Shown here one piece after another: positions 1 through 10,835 of a stretch of DNA of 64,000 nucleotides (its first letter is position 1; each line of letters begins with the position of its first letter). This stretch comes from Acutalibacteraceae bacterium (GTDB lineage: Bacteria > Bacillota > Clostridia > Oscillospirales > Acutalibacteraceae). The position numbers were made by a program, and so were the translations under genes. The stretch spans positions 3,917 through 67,916 of the forward strand of contig JAZNZF010000001.1 in the NCBI GenBank assembly GCA_045594795.1, given 5' to 3'. Under the pieces are notes generated by a model that had not been told where the DNA came from, did no database searches, and saw nothing but the letters and a program-made list of their open reading frames with translations.

Positions 1-124
1 AAAAAGCTAAGGTATTTTTCTCTTAAATCATTTAGTGAAGTCCATTTCATTTTTATCACCCATTTATATCTTTAACATAAAAATTATTATATTATTTTTA
101 AAATCACTTGTCAATAGATATGAC

Positions 125-1495
125 TTATGAATTATCACGTATTGCATGCGAAACCTTGTATATATCGCCTCCGCCCATTGTAATAACCAAGTCACCGGCT
201 TTTGCAATTCTATCAATTTCCGCTTTAGCTTCTTCAAAAGAGTTAACACAAACACAGTTATTAATTTTTTCAGCAAGTTGTTCGGACGTAATGCCGTAGG
301 TGTTAACCTCGCGGGAGCCCATTATTGGGGTTAAAATAACCTTGTCAGCAACCGAGAGTGCTTTAATAAACTCATCTTTCAGCAAAGCTGTTCTCGAAAA
401 GGTAAAAGGTTGGAATACAGCAATTACGTTGTTATAGCTAAGCTCTTTTGCCGCAGTTAGTGTCGCATTAATTTCGGTTGGATGGTGTGCGTAATCATCG
501 GCATAAGTTATATCATTTTTAGTACATAAAAACTCAAAACGTCTTGAAGCGCCTGTGAATTTTTCGGCAGCATTTTTAATGTTTTGAGGTGAGATTCCAA
601 GAGTATGTGCCACACTAAAAGCCGCTAGCGCATTAAGTACATTATGCTTACCAGGAACTTGTAAAGCGAGCCGGCACAGCTTCTCGTTTTTATAAAAGAC
701 GTCTGATTCCATACCACGTTTACCGGGGACTATATTTGTTGCATAATAATCGTTATCACTATTCAAACCAAAAGTAACAATCTCAAGATTAGTACCCTTA
801 GCTGCACGTTTGCATAACGGATCATCGCCGTTTATAAAGGATTTAGAGCCCATAGAAATAAATTTACGGAACGAATTAACAAGGTTATCCATAGTTTTAA
901 AATATTCCATATGGTCGTTATCAATATTAAGCAGAACTGTAATATCAGGTGAAAGCTCTAAAAAAGTGTCAACGTATTCGCAAGCCTCACATACCATAAT
1001 ATCTGACGCACCTGCCCTACCGTTTGCTTTAATTACAGGCAGCATACCACCGATAACAGCTGTTGGGTCTAAATCGTTTAAGAATAGAATTTGGGTAATT
1101 AAGGAAGTAACGGTTGTTTTGCCGTGAGTACCGCAAACACCGATTACGTTACCAAATTTTCTTGTGATTGCACCAAAGAGCTGTGACCTTTCCATTACAT
1201 TGATACCAAGGCGTTTAGCTTCAATTAGCTCCGGGTTATCCTTAGCAATCGCAGCAGAATACACCAAAAGCTCGGCATCACCAACGTTCTCGGCACTATG
1301 CCCCAAAGTAACCTTAACTCCCATGTTTTTTAAGCGCATTAACGGGTCGCCAACATTGTTATCAGACCCCGTTATTATATAGCCTTTACTGTGTAAAATT
1401 TCAGCAAGCGGACACATACCGGAGCCGCCAATACCTACCATATGGATTTTTTTGATATCGTTTAAAAACGCTTCACTTTCTTTAAAAATTTTCAC
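125..1495 (-). CDS. murC: UDP-N-acetylmuramate--L-alanine ligase
   Basis: 456-aa ORF with GIGGSGM dinucleotide loop, GTHGKTT P-loop and Mur-ligase domain order. Confidence 0.9.
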   Translation of the reverse strand: MKIFKESEAFLNDIKKIHMVGIGGSGMCPLAEILHSKGYIITGSDNNVGDPLMRLKNMGVKVTLGHSAENVGDAELLVYSAAIAKDNPELIEAKRLGINVMERSQLFGAITRKFGNVIGVCGTHGKTTVTSLITQILFLNDLDPTAVIGGMLPVIKANGRAGASDIMVCEACEYVDTFLELSPDITVLLNIDNDHMEYFKTMDNLVNSFRKFISMGSKSFINGDDPLCKRAAKGTNLEIVTFGLNSDNDYYATNIVPGKRGMESDVFYKNEKLCRLALQVPGKHNVLNALAAFSVAHTLGISPQNIKNAAEKFTGASRRFEFLCTKNDITYADDYAHHPTEINATLTAAKELSYNNVIAVFQPFTFSRTALLKDEFIKALSVADKVILTPIMGSREVNTYGITSEQLAEKINNCVCVNSFEEAKAEIDRIAKAGDLVITMGGGDIYKVSHAIRDNS

Positions 1496-1635
1496 TTAAG
1501 TAGTCCCCTTTTGTTATCTATTACTTATTATATAACTTTTTATGGAAAAAATAAACAATTATTTTTTAGTTTACTATTTAACAATTAGATTAATACAGAA
1601 TATACTGTAATAAACATATTTAAAGGATGATTAGA

Positions 1636-2496
1636 ATGATTAATAATTCATTTAATATAGCCGTAATTGGCGGAGATGACCGTCAAAAACTAATATATGA
1701 ATATTTTCTTAATAGAAATTTTTCTGTTATTATCGAAGGCCACGAAGACGGAATTAATTATAATAATATATCAAAATCAGAATTTATTATTTTACCAACC
1801 GTAGTTTCAAGAGATGGCGACACATTAAGCGCTCCAAACTGTAAGGCTAAAATTCCAATAAACACTTTGCTTGCTGCATTTGAAAGTTGTAAGTACATAG
1901 CTTGCGGTAATATAAAACAAGAAATAGAAAAGGAAATAGAATCAAAAAACATTAAATTATTTAAATACACCGATTGTCCTGTATTTAAAACGCTAAATGC
2001 CGTACCAACGGCAGAAGGTGCAATAGCTATTGCTATTGAAAAAACCGACGAAACACTTTGTGGGTCGAATTGTCTGATAATCGGTAACGGCAGTATAGGA
2101 AAATGCCTATCAAGAGCATTAAAGGGATTAGGCGCCACGGTAACTGTATCTGCAAGAAAAGAATTCGATTTTGCAAATCTTTGGTCAGATAATATTCCTT
2201 ATTTAAATACTAATCAATTAAATGAAAGCGATTTAAATAATTTTGATATAATTTTTAATACTGTGCCCAAAAGAATAATTGCTAAGGAAAATCTAAAAAG
2301 TTTATCCGCAGATACGTTAATAATCGACTTAGCGTCCTACCCCTATGGATTCGACCACGCGGATAGCGAGCCGACCTGTAATTTGATTCTTGCACCGTCG
2401 CTACCTGCAATATATGCGCCAAAAAGTTCTGCTACCGCAACTGCTAAAACAATAGAAAATTATATCACAGAGGTGGTAAACAATGGACAAAATTAA
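1636..2496 (+). CDS. dpaA: Dipicolinate synthase subunit A (SpoVFA)
   Basis: N-terminal IAVIGGDDRQ and second GNGSIGK Rossmann loop. Overlaps the flavoprotein-like B subunit. ATG at 1636 has better AAGGA spacing than the ORF-track start at 1627. Confidence 0.8.
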   Translation: MINNSFNIAVIGGDDRQKLIYEYFLNRNFSVIIEGHEDGINYNNISKSEFIILPTVVSRDGDTLSAPNCKAKIPINTLLAAFESCKYIACGNIKQEIEKEIESKNIKLFKYTDCPVFKTLNAVPTAEGAIAIAIEKTDETLCGSNCLIIGNGSIGKCLSRALKGLGATVTVSARKEFDFANLWSDNIPYLNTNQLNESDLNNFDIIFNTVPKRIIAKENLKSLSADTLIIDLASYPYGFDHADSEPTCNLILAPSLPAIYAPKSSATATAKTIENYITEVVNNGQN

Positions 2497-3052
2497 GCTT
2501 GGATTTTGCGTTTGTGGTTCGTTTTGCACGATTGACAAAGCAATAGCTCAAATGAAAATCTTATCCAAAAATTATGAAATTATACCGATAATTTCAGAGG
2601 TTGTAGCAACTTATAACACAAGGTTTGGCAAGGCAAAAGAGATTATTTCAACCATTGAAGATATTTGCCAAAAAGCTGTTATTAAAGATATAGTCGAAGC
2701 AGAGCCAATAGGGCCTAAAAATCTTACAGATATAATGATAATTGCACCTTGCACGGGCAACACAATGGCAAAGCTTGCTACAGGCCTTGTCGACACAACT
2801 GTAACTATGGCAGCTAAATCTCACTTAAGAAACGCAAGACCGTTAATTATTGCGCCATCTACAAATGATGCGCTGGGCGCCGCAGCAAAGAATATCGGCA
2901 CATTACTAAATTATAGAAATTATTATTTCGTACCTTTTAGAGAGGACGATATTAATAAAAAGCCACGTTCTATGGTAGCAGATTTCGATATGATACCCGA
3001 CACGGTTAGAGAAGCATTAAAAGGCAAACAAATTCAACCTATAGTTTTTTAA
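2483..3052 (+). CDS. dpaB: Dipicolinate synthase subunit B (SpoVFB), flavoprotein family
   Basis: 189 aa with a CGSFCT flavoprotein-type N-terminus. Start overlaps the end of dpaA, as in spoVF operons. Confidence 0.8.
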   Translation: MDKIKLGFCVCGSFCTIDKAIAQMKILSKNYEIIPIISEVVATYNTRFGKAKEIISTIEDICQKAVIKDIVEAEPIGPKNLTDIMIIAPCTGNTMAKLATGLVDTTVTMAAKSHLRNARPLIIAPSTNDALGAAAKNIGTLLNYRNYYFVPFREDDINKKPRSMVADFDMIPDTVREALKGKQIQPIVF

Positions 3053-6000
3053 AGTTCAATGCACTTTTTAAGATAGAAAGAATAAATAATTTTTGATGAT
3101 ACAGGTTTATTAAATATCTTTTCTAATGCTTGAGCATATAGCGATAATTGCTTAGAATAACGCGCTATAAGCTTTGCTGCGTCATCAGTTTTATCGGTTT
3201 TGTAATCAACTATAACTATGTCGTTTTCGTTTTCAATAACGCAGTCTGCTACGCCTTGAACAACCGAAAACTCATTGTCAAAGCCGTTAATTTTACTATT
3301 AATTTCAGACACAGCAATCTTTGTTAAAAACCTATATTCTTTATGAATTCTTACAGCTTTTTGTATCATACCGTAAACATAGCTATCAAAAAAAGCTTTA
3401 ACACTTTGCTTATCAATAACTTCTGCTTCAGAAGTAGAAATATACTGCCACTCATACAACCTGGATATTTCAGATTCAATATCTATTGCTGCAGCATCAT
3501 AATCGCAAAACTGCATAAACTTGTGGGTTGCAGTACCCTTCTCTGCCGAAGTAAAACCACTCTCGCTCATAAAACCGGGCAGCGTTTTAAATGTAAGCGC
3601 ATTGGCTTTGGTGGCTCCTAAAATATCGGTAACGGATGTTTTAGCAGGTATTGAATCTAAACACTCATACGGATATTTATACAAGAATTTATCACCAAAA
3701 TCAATATTGACGTCTTTGATTTCATCATTAACCGTATCAATGCGCTCAGCCTTAGGATAATATATTTCTGCTGTAAATTTGGTATCGTAATTAATTTCCT
3801 TAATATCCCAACTGCCACGTCTTAGTTGCTTAGCATTTGAGTTACAAATTATTGCAGAAAATATCCATTCGGCATAGCTATTACCTCTATAAATAGAGTT
3901 TTTGTTAAACGGCAACAAACCAGACGAATTATAATATGATATTTCTGAAAGTTTTTCTAAATAGCTATCAACGTTTTTAGAAGACGAAACCAGCACAAGT
4001 TTTTCACAAGCACGCGTCAACGCAACATATAGCAACCTAAGTTCTTCCTTGTAAGTTCTTAAAATGGTTGCTTTTTTTATTGCGGTTTTGGATATTGGTG
4101 TGATTACCGAACCATATTCACTATCAAAGTAATCGAATGCAACGCCATAATTATCATCACAAACAATTTTTGATTGAGCATCAGTTAAATTGAATTTTGT
4201 TCCTAAATCACAAATAATGCAAATTGGAAACTGTAGGCCTTTTGAGTTATGTACACTCATTATCTTAACCGATTCTGTTGATGAAACGATATTAGCCGAT
4301 AACGCTTTGTTTTTGTCGGATTCAATATATCTTATAAACTCATCGATGCCGCTGTCAGAACTATTAAAAGCTGCGGCTTTTTCAACTAATAACCTTAAAT
4401 TTGCCTTACGCATTTCACCGTTTTGCAAGCAGGAGTATATTTCCATAAATCCTAACTCAGAAAACAGTTTATTTAATAACTTATCAAGCGGCACAATCGC
4501 GCTAAGTTTACTTGCTCTATTTAAAAAATAATATGCGTACTCCGCCTTTTCATTACCGTTTTTTGCGGCATTCTTGAGGTTAATATATAACGGCACGTTT
4601 TTGTCATTTACACGTACACTCGCAAGCTCGTTTTCATTAAACCTGAATATTGGCGACTTTAATAGCGCCGCAATCGATAAATTATCGTTAAAGTTGTTTA
4701 TCGATTTTAGCATAGATAGAGCGTCAATAATTTCAGTAGATTCGCTGAATTTTTGTGCTGGGGTACTTACAGGAATTCCGCGTTGCTTAAAAACAGAAAC
4801 ATAGTCCTTGATTTTATTTTTTGGAGAACGCATTATTACGCAAAAATCATTAAAGCCCGCTTTCCTAAGTCCGCCGTTTTCATCTTTTAAAAATGCTTCT
4901 TTTTTCAATGTACGCTCAATATAATCAGCAATAAAGTTTGCCTCAGCAACGGCATTGTTTTCGCACTCAGCCGAAACAACAATATAGCTTTCTACTGCAT
5001 TTTCATTGTTGTCTGGATAATCACCAAGAGGTATTAGTTCTTCCTCGGCAGAGTAATCCATATCGGCATCAGCTTTTGTCATATACCCTTTAAAAATATA
5101 ATTTACAAATTTGCATATATCCGCCCTGCTTCTAAAATTACCGCTTAACAAAACCTTGCTGTTATCACTATCAGGCAGATAGTCGGGATATAACTCTTTC
5201 CTTTTAAGAAAGTTATCAGGATTAGCATTTCTAAAGCCGTAAATACTTTGTTTTACATCTCCAACCATAAATAGTTGACCGTTTTTACGGCTTAAAATAT
5301 TGAAAATTTCATCTTGCAAATTATTTGTATCCTGATATTCATCAACTAAAATGGCATCAAAATTTAAAGCAAAATCGTCGTAAACAATTTCACTATGCTC
5401 TGTAAATAGCTTTAATGCTAAATGCTCAATTTGGTCGAATGTATAAACGTTATTTTTATGCGAATATTCCTTAATTGCATTAAGATATTCTTTAGTTATT
5501 TCTACCGCTAATTTAACGCACTTGCCAGCTTTATTAAGCGACTTAATGGCAGTTTCTTCACCGTACTGAAAAGCATCACAAAGAGTTTTAATTAAATCCT
5601 TTTGTGCATCCTTAGAGGCAGAAATTAAATTTGAAACTATTTGGTTTTTGGTTGCGTTTTTTCTAATGCTGTCAGAAACGTGATTATTAGCTAATTCATA
5701 TACAAGCTGCCAATTTCTATATTTCAAAGCCTCTAATACATTTTTAGCAAAATTAATTCTTTCCATCAATGCGCTTGAGTATTTTTCAAAGAAAGAATTC
5801 TCTGCTGATGCTTCATCATATAGCTTTTTAGAAAGATAATAAGCGTCTTGTGCATCTTTAATGGCAGAATCACAAATACACGCAACCCATTTTGATTTTT
5901 TTAAATCCTCAGCTGAGTCTTTGTACAGGTTTGCAATTTCATCAAGCCAGTTTTCTTGATAAGGCATAGAACAACTTTTGTTATAAAGACTCATAACAAC

Positions 6001-6516
6001 CTGTTTTAAAAACGAATCATCATATCCATTTTGTAACAACTCCAAAAGTTCGTTAAACTGAGTTGAGTTTTCATTGTGTTTAGCTTTAATTAGGTTATTA
6101 AGAATTTCATTGTAATCTTCATAAACCTCGGAAATATCAGTAGTTTTAAAGTCCGAGGAAATGTTAATTAAATTAAAATACTCTTTTACTACAAATATAC
6201 AAAAAGAGTCAATTGTGCAAATTTTTGCGCTTTTTATAAGTATATTTTGTCTTAGCAACAAATGATTGTTTGGATTGTCATTTAGCAATGCTTTGAGTTT
6301 GGTCTCAATTTTAAGCTTAAGCTCGGCAGCTGCTGCATTTGTAAAGGTTACAATTAAAGCGCGATTTGCCATTAACGGATTTTTTTCATCACAAAAGCGC
6401 TGCATAACTCTTTCTACTAATACAGCGGTTTTACCCGAACCTGCCGCCGCAGAAACGAGAACGTTTCCATTAGCATTTACAGCATCCTGTTGCGGTTTAG
6501 TTAATTTTAATGCCAT
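3049..6516 (-). CDS. addA: ATP-dependent helicase/nuclease subunit A (AddA)
   Basis: UvrD-type motifs AAAGSGKT and VDEYQDTN. C-terminal RecB-type nuclease motif (GVADCV...IVDYKTD). ATG at 6516 is preceded by AAGGAGAG; the ORF-track start at 6525 is less likely. Confidence 0.85.
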   Translation of the reverse strand: MALKLTKPQQDAVNANGNVLVSAAAGSGKTAVLVERVMQRFCDEKNPLMANRALIVTFTNAAAAELKLKIETKLKALLNDNPNNHLLLRQNILIKSAKICTIDSFCIFVVKEYFNLINISSDFKTTDISEVYEDYNEILNNLIKAKHNENSTQFNELLELLQNGYDDSFLKQVVMSLYNKSCSMPYQENWLDEIANLYKDSAEDLKKSKWVACICDSAIKDAQDAYYLSKKLYDEASAENSFFEKYSSALMERINFAKNVLEALKYRNWQLVYELANNHVSDSIRKNATKNQIVSNLISASKDAQKDLIKTLCDAFQYGEETAIKSLNKAGKCVKLAVEITKEYLNAIKEYSHKNNVYTFDQIEHLALKLFTEHSEIVYDDFALNFDAILVDEYQDTNNLQDEIFNILSRKNGQLFMVGDVKQSIYGFRNANPDNFLKRKELYPDYLPDSDNSKVLLSGNFRSRADICKFVNYIFKGYMTKADADMDYSAEEELIPLGDYPDNNENAVESYIVVSAECENNAVAEANFIADYIERTLKKEAFLKDENGGLRKAGFNDFCVIMRSPKNKIKDYVSVFKQRGIPVSTPAQKFSESTEIIDALSMLKSINNFNDNLSIAALLKSPIFRFNENELASVRVNDKNVPLYINLKNAAKNGNEKAEYAYYFLNRASKLSAIVPLDKLLNKLFSELGFMEIYSCLQNGEMRKANLRLLVEKAAAFNSSDSGIDEFIRYIESDKNKALSANIVSSTESVKIMSVHNSKGLQFPICIICDLGTKFNLTDAQSKIVCDDNYGVAFDYFDSEYGSVITPISKTAIKKATILRTYKEELRLLYVALTRACEKLVLVSSSKNVDSYLEKLSEISYYNSSGLLPFNKNSIYRGNSYAEWIFSAIICNSNAKQLRRGSWDIKEINYDTKFTAEIYYPKAERIDTVNDEIKDVNIDFGDKFLYKYPYECLDSIPAKTSVTDILGATKANALTFKTLPGFMSESGFTSAEKGTATHKFMQFCDYDAAAIDIESEISRLYEWQYISTSEAEVIDKQSVKAFFDSYVYGMIQKAVRIHKEYRFLTKIAVSEINSKINGFDNEFSVVQGVADCVIENENDIVIVDYKTDKTDDAAKLIARYSKQLSLYAQALEKIFNKPVSSKIIYSFYLKKCIEL

Positions 6517-9500
6517 CAGAAACACTCTCCTTAATAATATCCATTACTTCATCCTTGCCCATTGATGTTACGGTAGTGGCAATATTTTCGCGGTCTTTTT
6601 GACAAATATTTTTATAGTCGCACCAAGCACACGTTTGGTGTTGCGCATCAGAATTACATGGCGCTGGCGCTATTTCACCATTAACAAGAGAACGGCACAT
6701 CGAACTGAATTTTTGTTTAACATATTTGAAAACTTGTTGAAATTCCTCGTTTGTAAGGGTGCTCGAGGTTTTACTAAAGCATCCATCTGCTTTAACGGTT
6801 GCAGGCATATAGCTTCCGTTAGGGTCCATAGCTAAAACAATTTCGACATCCTCTAAAACTACACCTTTAGCTTTAGCCGCATTGTTGGATTTTTTATCGA
6901 TTCCTGTGTGTTTAATATGATTTAAAGGCTGATAAATAATTCCTGCAGGTAAATTGCCCAAGCTGCCATCGTCGCATATTGCACACAAATATATAAGCAT
7001 TTGAAGATTTAGCCCATATAAAATATCGGGCAGTTTAAAGGTTTTTGTACCTGTCTTGTAATCAACGATTCTTATGTACGACTTGCCGTTAATCATAGCA
7101 GCATCAACCCTGTCAACAATACCGCCAATTTTAGCAGAAAAATCTTGTTCTTCAATAGACAACGGCGGAATTTGTCCGTTTTCGCTTATTTTTAATTCAA
7201 AAGCAACTGGTTTAAAACTGCTTAATTTAAGCTCATTTACGACGTACGGTACCAAATCGTACAACATGTCGGCTATTCGCTTTAAAAGATACCTGCCCTC
7301 CCCGTCAAGAGCAACACCTTCACCAACCGTTAGATTAATATATTCAGAAATTAATTCATTAATTAAATCTCTTAACTCATTGTAATTTAAATTTACTGCA
7401 AACTCAAAATCCTTACACAGTACCTTTTCGAGAACATAATGCGCTATAGTACCGCGTTGCATAAACTTAAAATCAATTTTTTCGCGAGTTGAAATATTTA
7501 ACCCGTATTTAAAGAAATACGCATATGGGCACTTATAAAATTGTTCAAGCTTGCTTGGTGAGATATACAGATTTGTTCCATAGGTTAATTTAGCCACATA
7601 TTTATCTATCTTTGGCATATAAGAACTATCGAAAGAAACAATATTACTGATTAATTCTTTAGTTTTTTCGTCTACTCCGTCCGCCTTTGCCAAGTTGCAT
7701 AAACCGTCTTTATTGTTATTTTTTGATAAAACAGATACAGCTTGCATCGGGGTTTCAATTTGTTCAAAAGGATTTTCTTTACTTGGTGAATATTCCTCTT
7801 TCAAATTTAGGGCAGAAACAATTTGTTTATATGTTGTTGAATAATCACAAACATTGCTATAATCACTACTATGTGCAAGCATGTACACCGAATCAGAGGC
7901 AGAAGTAAGAGCTTTATAAAGCATATACTCCTCCTCAATGCTACGAGATATATAGTCATCACATAGGTTAATTTCAAGGCCTTGCAGAAATCCTTTTTCT
8001 GTGCTATTAAATATTCCACAAGATTTATATTCTGCAGGGAATTCGCCATAATTCATACCTAATACAAAGGTGTTTTTAACATCTAACGATACTACTCTAT
8101 CGGCGCTTATAAATGAAACCTGGTCTAAACCTTGAGGCACACCGCCCAAGGTGGAATTTACAAAACACAAATTAAGGATATCATAAAACTCTTTAATGGA
8201 TAAAACGTCCTCACCGTAGCAGGTGTAGATAGTGTCAAAAATGTTATTAATCATATTCCAACCATTTGCAAGATATTGAGAAAGATTAGAATCGGTTTCA
8301 TCTAACTCTACTGCATAATCGGTTAAATGTTTTGATACACGGCATTTCTCAATTAACTTATATATCGCGCGACAATATTCGGCGCCCGTAGTATTCTTTA
8401 GCTTACTTAGTGCAATTAACGGGGAAACTATTTTTAACCTTAATTCATTGTATTTTGTAAGCTTATTCTTTATTTCATCGGGATTCTTTTCTTGTAGTCC
8501 GTAAGGATTCTTAACAAAATCACTTAACCATTCTTCCCCATCGATACCCCACATATATATATAGTTATCAATTTCGTTTATTTCTTCTTGGGAAAGGTCG
8601 GTTAATCCTGATTTTAAAAATTTATATATTTCTTTTGTTCTAAAGTTTCGTGAAGCGCGTAATGCCGAAAGTATAAAAGTGCATATAGGTAATTCTGAAA
8701 GACTTAATTTTTCGTCTATATACAAAGGTACGTTAACTTTTTTGAAAATTTCTTTAGCTGCAACTGAATAGTTAGATGCATTGCGAGCTATTAACGCAAA
8801 ATCACGAAATCTAAGGTTTTGTGTGCGAACGAGATAATGTATTTTAGATGCAGCATATTCAAGTTCGTCATACTTAGAATCAGCAGATACAGCGTTAATT
8901 GCAATATTATTATCCGATTTTATATTATCGACAAGTAACCTTTGCAGGTCAGATAAATTGTTTTTATAGTAGGTGTCTGACGAAAGCTTTTTAATTTCAA
9001 TCCGTTTATTTAAACCATCAGCTAATGCTTTAATATTTTTAAAAGTATCGTTTACGTTAGCAAATACAGAAAACTCATTATCAAAGTCACTATTGGTACA
9101 TAATGCAATTTGAACATTATTACACTCTGAAATCGCTTGTTTTAATATTTTATACTGCTGCCCTGAAAAGCCTGTAAAGCCGTAAATAAATACCGATTTA
9201 TTTTTAAAATATCCATTGTCTTTTATTTTGTTATATGCAAATGTTAGTTCGTCCACTGGGTCAATGAATGTACTGCCTAAAAGAGAATCGTAAGCATTCA
9301 TTATAAGTGACAGCTCATTAAGTTTTAATGCAAGCGCCCCGTTATTAAGTTTTTCAGCAGCACTACTTAATTGCTTTGAGGTAACTGCTTGCTGTTTTAG
9401 TTCTACAACAGCGTTACAAATAGTAGGTATTGAATTAAAAGACAGATTATCTAATTCGAAAAACGATAGCTCTCCCCTAAGGTTTTTAAGCGCCTTATGC

Positions 9501-9775
9501 ATAAGCATTGTTCTTGTGCTATCATCAACAGTTTTAGCAGTATTTCCACCATATATTCTCTTTATTTCATTAGCAAGACTCGTAAAATTAAATAATGATA
9601 TATATGTTGTAAACCTGGGTGAAATTTTATTAAGCAATTCTCTTTCTGCATCGAATGAAAATTGTTCGGGAACAATTAATATAACCTGATTACCGTTTTC
9701 AGCTTCGGCTTTTATATTGCTAAACATTTGGTCTTTTTTGCCAGTTTTAGCTTGTCCTAAATAAAAAGTCAACAT
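6497..9775 (-). CDS. addB: ATP-dependent helicase/nuclease subunit B (AddB)
   Basis: Walker A GQAKTGKK, nuclease motif RIVDYKTG and a C-terminal Cys cluster (C...CAWCDYKNIC) typical of the AddB Fe-S domain. Lies directly upstream of addA and overlaps it. Confidence 0.85.
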   Translation of the reverse strand: MLTFYLGQAKTGKKDQMFSNIKAEAENGNQVILIVPEQFSFDAERELLNKISPRFTTYISLFNFTSLANEIKRIYGGNTAKTVDDSTRTMLMHKALKNLRGELSFFELDNLSFNSIPTICNAVVELKQQAVTSKQLSSAAEKLNNGALALKLNELSLIMNAYDSLLGSTFIDPVDELTFAYNKIKDNGYFKNKSVFIYGFTGFSGQQYKILKQAISECNNVQIALCTNSDFDNEFSVFANVNDTFKNIKALADGLNKRIEIKKLSSDTYYKNNLSDLQRLLVDNIKSDNNIAINAVSADSKYDELEYAASKIHYLVRTQNLRFRDFALIARNASNYSVAAKEIFKKVNVPLYIDEKLSLSELPICTFILSALRASRNFRTKEIYKFLKSGLTDLSQEEINEIDNYIYMWGIDGEEWLSDFVKNPYGLQEKNPDEIKNKLTKYNELRLKIVSPLIALSKLKNTTGAEYCRAIYKLIEKCRVSKHLTDYAVELDETDSNLSQYLANGWNMINNIFDTIYTCYGEDVLSIKEFYDILNLCFVNSTLGGVPQGLDQVSFISADRVVSLDVKNTFVLGMNYGEFPAEYKSCGIFNSTEKGFLQGLEINLCDDYISRSIEEEYMLYKALTSASDSVYMLAHSSDYSNVCDYSTTYKQIVSALNLKEEYSPSKENPFEQIETPMQAVSVLSKNNNKDGLCNLAKADGVDEKTKELISNIVSFDSSYMPKIDKYVAKLTYGTNLYISPSKLEQFYKCPYAYFFKYGLNISTREKIDFKFMQRGTIAHYVLEKVLCKDFEFAVNLNYNELRDLINELISEYINLTVGEGVALDGEGRYLLKRIADMLYDLVPYVVNELKLSSFKPVAFELKISENGQIPPLSIEEQDFSAKIGGIVDRVDAAMINGKSYIRIVDYKTGTKTFKLPDILYGLNLQMLIYLCAICDDGSLGNLPAGIIYQPLNHIKHTGIDKKSNNAAKAKGVVLEDVEIVLAMDPNGSYMPATVKADGCFSKTSSTLTNEEFQQVFKYVKQKFSSMCRSLVNGEIAPAPCNSDAQHQTCAWCDYKNICQKDRENIATTVTSMGKDEVMDIIKESVSDGIKIN

Positions 9776-9842
9776 TTACTACACCGCCTTGCTAAATATT
9801 TTATAATTATTATAACAGATTATAAGACCGATTAAAAGTACA

Positions 9843-10097
9843 TTAAACAAAAATTAAATTACAAATTAGTAAAAATATAACCCCTGGTGCACCTGTAGCT
9901 GCTGAAAATGTTAAAGTGTATATATTTATCGGACAGTTAAACTTAAGTTGTAAACCTAAATAATGACATATTACAAGCAACACAACCCCTATTACAGCGG
10001 TATAAGCTACCGTTTTTATAAAGCGTTTTGTTTTAATTGCAAAATACAAATAAAATATTAAGTAAATTGAGGATAAAAGGTATATAGAATATAACAA
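9843..10097 (-). CDS. bofA: Pro-sigma-K processing inhibitor BofA-like small membrane protein
   Basis: 84 aa with two TM segments. The C-terminal block PINIYTLTFSAATGAPGVIFLL resembles the B. subtilis BofA block PINLVTTAISGILGIPGIAALV. TTG start sits 7 nt after GGAGG. Confidence 0.6.
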   Translation of the reverse strand: MLYSIYLLSSIYLIFYLYFAIKTKRFIKTVAYTAVIGVVLLVICHYLGLQLKFNCPINIYTLTFSAATGAPGVIFLLICNLIFV

Positions 10098-10151
10098 AAA
10101 AACAACCTCCGTTCATGCTAATAAATATGCCTGCATGTACGAAGGTTATTA

Positions 10152-10835
10152 CTATTTAAGCACCGCCAAAACCGTGTTTAAAATAATTTTTAAATCGGTT
10201 AGTAAGCTAAAGTTTTCTAAATATTCTAAATTATATTTCATTTTTTGTGGCAAGATTTCATTTATATAAGTAGCATCGACGTCGGCACATTCGCTTAAAA
10301 GCTTTGATTCGTCTTTATACTCAATGCTTGCGGCAGACGTAACACCTGCAGGTAATAAAAGAGTTGCAAGCATTTCGTCGGTGTAAGCATTAACGTATTT
10401 TTGAACCTCAGGGCGAGTACCTACAAAGCTCATACTACCCCCTAAAATATTAAAAAGCTGTGGAAGTTCGTCAACTCTAAATTTGCGTAAAGCCTTGCCA
10501 ATTCTTGTAATTCTACAATCATTATCAGTAGTAACTAAACTGCCTATTTTATCGGCATTATTAACCATAGTTCTGAATTTTATAATATTAAAACTTTTAA
10601 GATTTTTGGTTATTCTTTTTTGCAAATAAAATACGGGGAATCCAGAATCTAAAACAATAATTATCGATAAAATTAAATAAATTGGCAAAAGGATTAAAAT
10701 AAGCACTAAAGAAAAAATTATATCAAATAATCTTTTAATTTTTAGCTGAAAGCGTTTTTTGTTTAGCGTATCATAATACTTTTTTACATCATCATTTTTA
10801 AGGCTTTCGGGAAGATTTTGCCATTTACAAAGCAT
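10152..10835 (-). CDS. Small monotopic sugar phosphotransferase (bacterial sugar transferase, PglC/WbaP C-terminal type)
   Basis: One N-terminal membrane helix, then KFRTM and DELPQLFNIL..MSFVGTRP motifs. ATG at 10835 overlaps the upstream stop (TAATG) and follows GGAGGAG. Confidence 0.8.
   Translation of the reverse strand: MLCKWQNLPESLKNDDVKKYYDTLNKKRFQLKIKRLFDIIFSLVLILILLPIYLILSIIIVLDSGFPVFYLQKRITKNLKSFNIIKFRTMVNNADKIGSLVTTDNDCRITRIGKALRKFRVDELPQLFNILGGSMSFVGTRPEVQKYVNAYTDEMLATLLLPAGVTSAASIEYKDESKLLSECADVDATYINEILPQKMKYNLEYLENFSLLTDLKIILNTVLAVLK

Noticed and set aside
1496-1626. Sigma-K-type promoter (AC...CATA---TA) upstream of dpaA
   Set aside because: The only CATA-like match (CATATTTAA) deviates from consensus and sits too close to the RBS. 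No promoter could be supported by eye.
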